Of a stretch of DNA of 64,000 nt, positions 34,919 through 42,285 are shown piece by piece. Each line of letters starts with the position of its first letter. Within the stretch, counting starts at the first letter, position 1. This DNA comes from Spirochaetia bacterium. Its GTDB lineage: Bacteria > Spirochaetota > Spirochaetia > SZUA-6 > Bin103. The notes beneath the pieces were generated by a model. The model saw only the letters and a program-made list of their open reading frames with translations, had not been told where the DNA came from and did no database searches. Both the position numbers and the translations under genes were made by a program. Location of the stretch: positions 2,432,001-2,496,000 of the forward strand of contig CBDBDQ010000005.1 of NCBI GenBank assembly GCA_965203905.1, in the 5' to 3' direction.

Positions 34919-36802
34919 CTATTTCACCGTCGTGTCGGCGCCATCCTCGGTGCTGGCGACACTGGCGCTGACCTCCGTGACACCGCCGTCCTCGGCACTG
35001 TCACCGTTGCCGCTGCCGTCCGTGACTGCGCCGTCCCCGGTGCTGCCACCGTTGCCGCTGCGGTCCGTGCCTGCCCCATCCTTGGCCCCACCGTCCCGCG
35101 TGACGTCGAGCGCTTGCGTCAGGCCGCGGACGCTCGACGGGTCGAGTCCGAGTTCGCTGAGCAGCGTATCGAGCAGGGGCGCCTGCGCGCGATACCGCAG
35201 CGCGCTGTTGACGATCTGGTCGGCGAGATTGCCGCCGCCATCCACAGCCCCGGAAGCGGCGCCGTTGCCGGCCAGGCCGTCGACCTGGAATATCTTGATG
35301 CCGTCGATCCGCTCCATTGGCTTCACGCTCTGGCGGATGATGTCGGGCAGGTGTTCAATCAGTGCCATGCGTACCTGCATGGAGATCTGCTCGTCGGAAA
35401 GCAGATTGTCAGCCTCGTGTGCTCTGCGCTTGCCTTCGGCGTCCACCGCGTACCTGCGCTCCGCCGCGTTCGCCTGCAGGACCTCTGCGTCGGCGATGCC
35501 CTGAGCCCCGATCCGCTGCTTGTCGGCTTCCGCTTGCGCGGTCGTGCGTACGGCCTCCGCTCTGTCGAGCGCGGCACGTTTTTCCGCTTCGGCGGCCACC
35601 TCGATGGCAATGGCTTCCCTCTCCGCGGCCTTGCGGGCATCGACCAGCTCTACCTGCTTGGTGCGCTCGGCGACCTCCACATCGCGCGCCGTGCCCACCC
35701 GTTCTTCCTCACGCACCGCCGAGCTGCGCGCCTGGTTCGCCGCGCTCTCGGCCTCGGATTGCGCCTTCGACCGTTCGGCGACCGCGATGGTGCGGTCCTG
35801 GTCGGCAAGTTCGATGGTCTTCCTCTGTTCGATCCGTGACGTCTCGACCAGTCGATCGCGTTCGATCTCGCGGTTGCTCACCGCCTGTTGCCTGGCGATG
35901 CGTTGTTCCTCCACGGTACGTTCGGCGTCGATATTGGCGATCTCCACCTGCCGCTTGGCCTGAATCTCGGCTTCCTGAGCGTCGCGGTTCTTGGATGCCT
36001 CCTCGATGGCAATTTCGGCGCTCTGGTCCGCCTTGCGGATCGCGATCTCTCGTTCCTGGGCGAGCTGCGCATATTGCTGGTCGCGCTCGATGTCGAGTTT
36101 CAGGCGTTCGGCGCCCAGGTTCTTCTTGCGCACCTCCACCTCGGTGTCCTGTTCGATCTCGTTGCGCGTCTTGCGGCGGGACTCGATGGCCTCGGTCAAG
36201 CGCGTGAGGCCCTCTGCGTCGAAGGCGTTCTTGGGGTTGAAGTGCTCCACGCTCGTCTGATCGAGGCCGGTGAGCGACACCGACTCCAGCTCGAGACCGT
36301 TCTTGAGCAGATCCTCGGACACCACCTGTTGCACCTTCTGCACGAAGTCGACCCGTTTCTCGTGCAGTTCCTCCATTGCCATCTCGGCGGCCACGGCGCG
36401 TAGCGCATCGACGAACTTGCCCTCCACCAGCACCTTGAGCTGATCCGGCTTGGTGGTCTTCAGGCCGAGAGTCTGCGCCGCGTTGGCGATCGATTCGGCA
36501 GTGGGTTTGGCGCGTACGTAGAACTCCGCGGTAACGTCGACGCGCATGCGGTCATGGGTGATCAGCGCCTGCTCGTTGGCACGTCTCACCTCCAGCCGCA
36601 GCGTGTTCATGTTCACGGGAATCACCTCATGCAGAATCGGCAGCACCAGGGCCCCGCCGTTGATGATCACCTTCTGACCGCCCATTCCGGTGCGCACGAA
36701 GGACACCTCTTTGGAGGCACGCCGGTACAGGCGGGCCGTAATCAGGCCGAGGGCCAGCAACGCCACTACGACGATGCCGACGAGAATCAGTATGTCGGTC
36801 AT
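34919..36802 (-). CDS. Flotillin/SPFH family protein (YqiK-like)
   Basis: N-terminal TM, FVRTG.GG, LITHDRMRVDV.AEFY, NGLELESVSL, long E/A-rich coiled coil. Confidence 0.92.
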   Translation of the reverse strand: MTDILILVGIVVVALLALGLITARLYRRASKEVSFVRTGMGGQKVIINGGALVLPILHEVIPVNMNTLRLEVRRANEQALITHDRMRVDVTAEFYVRAKPTAESIANAAQTLGLKTTKPDQLKVLVEGKFVDALRAVAAEMAMEELHEKRVDFVQKVQQVVSEDLLKNGLELESVSLTGLDQTSVEHFNPKNAFDAEGLTRLTEAIESRRKTRNEIEQDTEVEVRKKNLGAERLKLDIERDQQYAQLAQEREIAIRKADQSAEIAIEEASKNRDAQEAEIQAKRQVEIANIDAERTVEEQRIARQQAVSNREIERDRLVETSRIEQRKTIELADQDRTIAVAERSKAQSEAESAANQARSSAVREEERVGTARDVEVAERTKQVELVDARKAAEREAIAIEVAAEAEKRAALDRAEAVRTTAQAEADKQRIGAQGIADAEVLQANAAERRYAVDAEGKRRAHEADNLLSDEQISMQVRMALIEHLPDIIRQSVKPMERIDGIKIFQVDGLAGNGAASGAVDGGGNLADQIVNSALRYRAQAPLLDTLLSELGLDPSSVRGLTQALDVTRDGGAKDGAGTDRSGNGGSTGDGAVTDGSGNGDSAEDGGVTEVSASVASTEDGADTTVK

Positions 36803-36815
36803 GACTTCTTCTCCT

Positions 36816-37490
36816 TCAGGTAGAGTCTTCGATCAGCTCCCGTGCAAGGTCGATCACGGCGAAACGACTGTTCAGCCGGCGGATGATCAGCACCTCCTTG
36901 GGCGCCGAGAACGAGGCCTGCGGGTCATCGGGCTCGACCATGACGTAGTGGGTGTGGCCGTGTACGTCGCGCAGCCTGGCCTCAGCGGGTTCGCCGTGGC
37001 GTGCCGTGCCCAAGGTGATGGTGGCAACCGAGCCGATGAAGGAGTCCGCCGTTACGGCGTCGGTCTCGTCCATCGGGACGATGCGGGCGATCACGCCGCC
37101 CGCCGCGCGTAACGCCGGCAGGGAACCCGCGAGCACCACGGGCACGGCGATCGCCGGGGACAGGTACCAGCCAAGGGCGCCCATGGCCAGGCGCTGCAGC
37201 AGCAATCCGCCGAGGCCGAAGATCGTCAGGAACGCAACGAGCAGCATCAGCACCGGAACCTGCCCCACCCGCAGCCACGCCAGCGCCTTCGCGAACGGGG
37301 TGACCATGGCTTCGCTCGCGTCGAGCTCGAGGTTTGCGTCCACGTCGGTGTTCGGCAGGAGGGTCTGCAGGTGTTCGGAGACGCTCGCGCCGAGCACCGC
37401 CCCCGCCCCTTCCACCGCGGCGACCAGCAGCATCACCCCGAGTGCCGCCGTGAAGGCGACATTGCCGGCGTGCAGCACGGCTTCGACCAT
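36816..37490 (-). CDS. YqiJ-like (DUF1449/NfeD OB-fold) membrane protein
   Basis: LAWL..GQVP, IG..ATITLG.A..G.PAEA..RD.HG..HYVMVEP; directly upstream of flotillin. Confidence 0.85.
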   Translation of the reverse strand: MVEAVLHAGNVAFTAALGVMLLVAAVEGAGAVLGASVSEHLQTLLPNTDVDANLELDASEAMVTPFAKALAWLRVGQVPVLMLLVAFLTIFGLGGLLLQRLAMGALGWYLSPAIAVPVVLAGSLPALRAAGGVIARIVPMDETDAVTADSFIGSVATITLGTARHGEPAEARLRDVHGHTHYVMVEPDDPQASFSAPKEVLIIRRLNSRFAVIDLARELIEDST

Positions 37491-37811
37491 CACGCGGTCG
37501 CGTAAGCGGCGGCCGGCCGCCGGGCGCGGCGGTAGCGGCGCCCGCGAGTCGGCCCGTTCTCCGGCGCTGCATCCGGCCAATCGTTGTCCGCGTGGCTTGC
37601 AAGCGGTGCAACGGGTGTCACTGGCGTGTTCGCCAACACGATGTGTCCTCCGGCTGGTGGCATCCGCCTACCGGCGAGTGCGTACCGCTGCGGTTGTATA
37701 CCCGCGACCTCGCGATGTCAACTTTGCCTTCGGCGCAGCGCTGCTCGGCTCCGGGCGGGCCTCCACCGAGCTGTTGTGGCGGTGCGGCCGATTGGGTAAG
37801 GTCGCGCCACC

Positions 37812-39494
37812 GTGGGAGACGTGAGCGACACGCTGGTCCGCCTCGTGCGCGAGGCGGTGCAACAGGAGGTGGAGGTGCCGCTGTCCAGACCACCGGACAG
37901 CGCCATGGGCGACTACGCGGTGCCCTGCTTCCGGCTGGCCCGCGAGGTGGGCACGCCCCCGGTGCCGCTGGCGCAACAGATCCGCGACCACCTCCGGCAG
38001 CGCGACCTGGCGGCGTTGGGCATCGCCGGGGTCGAGGCACACGGACCCTACCTGAACGTATTTCTGGCCAAGGGCGACCTGGCGGAGCGGGTGATCGGCG
38101 AAATCCTCGAGGCGGGCGCCGGCTACGGAGCACGTGGCACCGGACTCGGCAAGCGTGCGCTGGTGGAACACACCAGCATAAATCCCAACGCGCCGCCGCA
38201 CCTGGGCCGCGCCCGCAACGCCTGGATCGGCGACACCCTGGTACGCCTGCTGCGCTTCGAGGGGTACGCCCTGGAGGCACGCTTCTTCGTCAACGACGTG
38301 GGCCGCCAGATCGCGCTGCTGGTCCTCGGGGTCGGCGACCGCCGTCCCGACTTCCACGAGTTGTTGGAGATCTACGTTGCAACCAACCGGCGCCTGGAGC
38401 AGGACGCGGGGCTGGAACGCGAAGTGAACCTGCTGCTGGAACGGCTGGAGAGCGGCGACCCGGAGCCCCGCGCCGCCTTTCGGCGCGTGGTCGAGATCTC
38501 CGTGCACGGCATGCGCGAGCTGTTCGGTGACGCGGGCGTGCGCTACGACCGCTTCGACTACGAGTCGGACTACCTGACGCCGGAGCGCCACCGGCAGATC
38601 GTGGACGAGCTACGGGCCACCGGCAAGCTGTTCGAGGACGAGCACGGCCGGCTGGTGCTCGACCTGGAGGGCTTCAGGCTGCCCTCACGCAACCCGGTGC
38701 TGGTGATCACCCGCGGCAACAAGACCTCGCTCTACGTGCTGCGCGACATCGCCTACACCCTGGACAAGATGGCCGCCGCCTCCGATCTCAACCTGGTGGT
38801 GCTGGGCGAAGACCAGAAACTGTATCACCGGCAACTCCAGGCAGCCCTCAAGCTGCTGGGATCGGCTGCCCCCGACCCGGTGCATTACAGCTTCGTGCTG
38901 TTGGGCAAGGGCTCGATGTCCACCCGCCAGGGCAACCTCGTGCTGTTGGAAGAGTTCGTTGCCGAGGCCAAGCGCAAGGCCAGCGCCGAGTTGGGCGCGC
39001 GCGGCCATGCGGACGACCCCGCGGTGGCGCGGGCGGTGGCGTACAGCGCGCTGAAGTATTCGTTCCTGAAGGTCGCCAACGACAAGCAGGTGCTGTTCGA
39101 CTGGGACAAGGCCATGGCCTTCGAGGGAGAGAGCGGCCCCTACCTGCTCTACAGCCACGCCCGCATCTGCTCCATTCTGCGCAAGTACGGCAAGCCGCTC
39201 CCCGCCACCGCGGAGTTCGCCGTGCTGGAGGCCGGCGAGGAATCGGAGTTGCTGAAGCTGCTGGCGGAGTTGCCGGATCAGGTCGCGCGCGCGCTGCGGG
39301 TGCGCAGCCCGCACGTGATCGCCGGGTACACCTTTGCCGTGGCGCGGCAGTGCTCCACCTTCTATCATGCCTGCCCGATCCTGCAGGCGGCCTCTCCGTT
39401 GCGCGAGGCGCGGTTGCTGCTGGCGGCGGCGACGCGTCAGGTGCTGGCCAACTGCCTCGGCCTGATGGGAATCGACGCGCTGGAGCAGATGTAG
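37812..39494 (+). CDS. argS: Arginine--tRNA ligase (archaeal-like motif set)
   Basis: GDYA, GPYLN, EHTSINPNAPPHLGRARN, NDVGRQ, MSTRQG, GESGPYLLYSHARI.SI, FYH.CPIL, terminal EQM. Confidence 0.95.
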   Translation: MGDVSDTLVRLVREAVQQEVEVPLSRPPDSAMGDYAVPCFRLAREVGTPPVPLAQQIRDHLRQRDLAALGIAGVEAHGPYLNVFLAKGDLAERVIGEILEAGAGYGARGTGLGKRALVEHTSINPNAPPHLGRARNAWIGDTLVRLLRFEGYALEARFFVNDVGRQIALLVLGVGDRRPDFHELLEIYVATNRRLEQDAGLEREVNLLLERLESGDPEPRAAFRRVVEISVHGMRELFGDAGVRYDRFDYESDYLTPERHRQIVDELRATGKLFEDEHGRLVLDLEGFRLPSRNPVLVITRGNKTSLYVLRDIAYTLDKMAAASDLNLVVLGEDQKLYHRQLQAALKLLGSAAPDPVHYSFVLLGKGSMSTRQGNLVLLEEFVAEAKRKASAELGARGHADDPAVARAVAYSALKYSFLKVANDKQVLFDWDKAMAFEGESGPYLLYSHARICSILRKYGKPLPATAEFAVLEAGEESELLKLLAELPDQVARALRVRSPHVIAGYTFAVARQCSTFYHACPILQAASPLREARLLLAAATRQVLANCLGLMGIDALEQM

Positions 39495-39517
39495 GCGGAA
39501 CTGGTCGGCGAATTCGA

Positions 39518-39601
39518 TGCCGGCGCTCGGACTCGAACCGAGACGGTGTTGCCACCACCAGATTTTGAGTCTGGCATGTCTACCAATTTCATCACACCGG
39601 C
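39518..39601 (-). tRNA. tRNA-Leu (CAA)
   Basis: Reverse complement GCCGGTG..TGGTAGAC..CCAGA-CTCAAAA-TCTGG, long variable arm, GGTTCGAGTCC, CGCCGGC-A; CCA not encoded. Confidence 0.96.
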
Positions 39602-39616
39602 TTGGTAGGCCGTTCA

Positions 39617-39646
39617 ACACTAAGGATTCCTTGGGCCTCCTGTCAA
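39617..39646 (-). promoter_or_regulatory. Sigma70-type promoter of tRNA-Leu
   Basis: TTGACA-N18-TAGTGT just upstream of the tRNA 5' end. Confidence 0.6.
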
Positions 39647-39782
39647 TTGGTGGCAGGTCGATCAGGTCGATCGATGCAGCGATTCCCGATGAACGCCCGC
39701 TGGTAGCGCCCCTTGTCTGATAGGTGGAGATGGGCTGATAGGCTGAGATTGGCGTGAGTGCGGGCTCGTGTGCAATGCGGGA

Positions 39783-40295
39783 CTACCGGCTTGGCCTAAC
39801 GAGATGATCCAACCGATTGGAGACCTCGTGTTGAGGCAGGAAGACCGTGGCGTCGTCTTGCCAGGTCTTTAGCGCATGGATCAGCAGCGATCTGGCGCAG
39901 CCTCCGGCTGCGGCCAGTTCGTCGACGATCCAAAGCACACCGTGCACGCGCAGGCCGCTGTCGGTAGCGACCCTACGGAGCAGAGCGTCGCCGGTTAGCA
40001 GGATGCCGCACTGAGTGAGTGCCGTGACGATGCATAGGCTATCGTTGGCGGAAAGGGCGGGATGTCGCTGTTTGAGTGCGAGGGCTTGAGCGACTTCGTC
40101 TGGTGCCAAGTCGTGAGTGATCATCCCGGCATCGTCGAGCTGTCGCCACTGCCCATAGGAGAAATCAAGGATTTCGGACTCCCGCACAGGCAGCGGGACG
40201 ACGAACCGGTACGGCAGATTGCAGAGCACTTCCAGTAGACCTCCTTTGCGGAGGTCGATGAGGCAGGAAGCGTCGTTGACGACGACGCGCGTCAT
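39783..40295 (-). CDS. PIN-domain nuclease (VapC/DUF3368-like)
   Basis: VVVNDASCLIDL, V..E, LS.ND, LLTGD..LR, VHGVLW; ATG overlaps the upstream stop (ATGA). Confidence 0.85.
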   Translation of the reverse strand: MTRVVVNDASCLIDLRKGGLLEVLCNLPYRFVVPLPVRESEILDFSYGQWRQLDDAGMITHDLAPDEVAQALALKQRHPALSANDSLCIVTALTQCGILLTGDALLRRVATDSGLRVHGVLWIVDELAAAGGCARSLLIHALKTWQDDATVFLPQHEVSNRLDHLVRPSR

Positions 40296-41371
40296 TCAGT
40301 CGTCGGACCGCTGATTTCTCGCTCGACGGAGTCGAGGGTCTGGTTGAGAAGCGCAGCGGCACGCACGGGCGAGATCAGCCCTTCGCCAACGGCGCGTGCG
40401 ACCAAGCGCTTGAAACGTCGGGGCTTTTCGAAGGCCGCGAACCCGTGGTCGGGGCGGATAGGTTCGGGTTCCGTCTTGCGCCAGGGGCGCGCGAAAGTCG
40501 CGAATGCCTGCTGGACGGTGGCAGGAGGCAGGACACCGACCTGCCCGAGGCGCATCAGCATGGTCGCCGCCGACACGCCGTAGGTGTGCTTGAGCCGGAT
40601 AGTCTCGTAGTAGGTAATGCGGCGACGGGCGGCACCGACTTCCCCCAGGAGACGCTGACGTGGAACGAGAAAGGCACCAGCGAAGCGATTCATCGCCGTC
40701 TCAAGCGTTATTGCCGGGTTGCCGGTGGAGCGGATGACCCTGTGTGCGAGCTCGTGGGCAAGGGTGAAGCGTTTGCGCTCGACATTGATCCGGTTCGAGA
40801 CGACGACCGCCTCGGCGACCGACCTGCCACCCCGGAGCACGTGGCACGCCAAGCCATTGATGCTCTCGGGAAGATCATCCACGACTACCTTGATGCCCTT
40901 GTCTTCAAGGAGTTCGCACAGGCTGGGAATGGGATCCATGCCAAGACTCCATGCGTCGCGGAGCTCGTCGGCTTTGTTGTCGATCTGTACTTCAGCCGCG
41001 ACGCTGTCGCAGCGGCGACCCTCGGCCCAATCGACGGTTGCCGGCATGTCGAGGATGTCCTCGATTGCCAGGTAACGCTCGAGGTTGTCTATCAAGATCG
41101 CCTCGGCCTTCGCCCGGTCGCGAGCAGAGGCTTTGGAATGCTTGCGAAACTCCAGCCCGTCGAGGGTCTCGACCTGCGCGCTCATAAGGAAGTCCAGTGA
41201 CACGTTGAGGGTCTTTCCGAGCGCGACCAGCACGGCCGACGAGGGCAGCATCTTGCCTGCCTCATATTTGCTGATGGCCTGAGCCGTGACCCTTGGGGTC
41301 ATCTGCTCTGCGAGTGACCGCATGGATAAACCGGCCCGTCTGCGGGCGAGCCGGAGTCGTTGTCCAAACAT
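40292..41371 (-). CDS. XRE HTH fused to ImmA/IrrE (M78) zinc metallopeptidase
   Basis: GQRLRLARRRAGLS..LA....TAQAISKYE.G HTH; RKRFTLAHELAH (HExxH), E...NRFAGAFLVP, YGVS. Confidence 0.93.
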   Translation of the reverse strand: MFGQRLRLARRRAGLSMRSLAEQMTPRVTAQAISKYEAGKMLPSSAVLVALGKTLNVSLDFLMSAQVETLDGLEFRKHSKASARDRAKAEAILIDNLERYLAIEDILDMPATVDWAEGRRCDSVAAEVQIDNKADELRDAWSLGMDPIPSLCELLEDKGIKVVVDDLPESINGLACHVLRGGRSVAEAVVVSNRINVERKRFTLAHELAHRVIRSTGNPAITLETAMNRFAGAFLVPRQRLLGEVGAARRRITYYETIRLKHTYGVSAATMLMRLGQVGVLPPATVQQAFATFARPWRKTEPEPIRPDHGFAAFEKPRRFKRLVARAVGEGLISPVRAAALLNQTLDSVEREISGPTTE

Positions 41372-41490
41372 GCGCTACCCTCCGTCATTCCCCTGAATGA
41401 TAACCTTACAGGATGGACGTTGAATAGATCGTTGCAAAGTAAGGACTTATGTTCGTATCGATCGCAGACGGAACGGGACACGCGAAGCTT

Positions 41491-41528
41491 GGTTGACAGA
41501 TCATTGAGATATAATGATATTGTAAACC
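41491..41528. promoter_or_regulatory. Palindromic operator overlapping a sigma70-type promoter of the Ubl operon
   Basis: GGTTGACA-G-ATCATT-GAGATAT-AATGAT-AT-TGTAAACC; contains TTGACA-N17-GATATT. Confidence 0.65.
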
Positions 41529-41584
41529 TAAGGTTGATGCAACGCGCCAGCGCCGATAGCTGAGGCCTCGTATATGGACGTGGT

Positions 41585-41863
41585 GTGTCGGATAGGAGAC
41601 GAGAGTCGGAGGAGACTGGAGTGGTTACGTACGAATTCAAGGTGAACGGTGAGACGTTATTCTCAGATCAGCAGGCGGTGGACGCAGCGGTGCTGTTGCG
41701 AACCGCGTTCGCCGGCAAGGCTATTGGTGAGGATCCGGACAAGACCGGGTATGTGCTGAGGGTGCCCAACTCGGACGTGACGTTTGTGTCGGGGGAAGTG
41801 GTGGAACTCGACAAGTACAACGTATTTCGAGCGGTCCCGAAGAAGGGTGCACCGTTCGCATGA
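41585..41863 (+). CDS. Ubiquitin-like beta-grasp protein (multi-ubiquitin-domain type)
   Basis: YEFKVNGE / helix AAVLLRTA / YVLRV / GEVVEL / VFRAV pattern with free tail PKKGAPFA; first gene of an E2/E1 operon; exact start uncertain. Confidence 0.7.
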   Translation: MSDRRRESEETGVVTYEFKVNGETLFSDQQAVDAAVLLRTAFAGKAIGEDPDKTGYVLRVPNSDVTFVSGEVVELDKYNVFRAVPKKGAPFA

Positions 41864-42285
41864 GCAGGAACTCGGTGCGGATGGCCGCTGAACTCGTTGA
41901 ATTGGGCTATCGCCCAAGTCCGTTCACGGCGCCTCAGGAACAGGGCGGAGCCGATGGAGTCAGGTTCGAGTACCGGATCGAGAATGGCAGTCGCGAAAAA
42001 GACACCGTGACCTTGGCGGTGGCCGTCCACGAAGACGAAGGGGAGTGGCCCGAAGTGGCACCGCACTGGGTGTACCTGTCGCCGCCGGATGATGTTCTGG
42101 CGCAGCAGGTGAAGGGGGCGCAGCCACCGGGAGTTGTCGCGAAACACGAATGCGAGAACGGTCAGGTATGGATGGCGATCAGCGCCCCGCCGAGCGACTT
42201 TTGGGACCAAATCGACGCACAGGACGGCAAGAACATGAGGACCTATCTAAACAGCCACATCCGAAGAATCTGGAGCATGCGTTGA
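41860..42285 (+). CDS. Prokaryotic E2/UBC-like protein
   Basis: Helix plus 3 strands, WPEVAPHWVYL (Y/W-P-x-x-x-P), WMAISAPP, W and C-terminal helix; ATGA-coupled to Ubl. Confidence 0.65.
   Translation: MSRNSVRMAAELVELGYRPSPFTAPQEQGGADGVRFEYRIENGSREKDTVTLAVAVHEDEGEWPEVAPHWVYLSPPDDVLAQQVKGAQPPGVVAKHECENGQVWMAISAPPSDFWDQIDAQDGKNMRTYLNSHIRRIWSMR

Noticed and set aside
41493-41515. Perfect consensus promoter TTGACA/TATAAT
   Set aside because: The two hexamers are only 11 bp apart, so they cannot act as one pair; GATATT at 17 bp is the more plausible -10.
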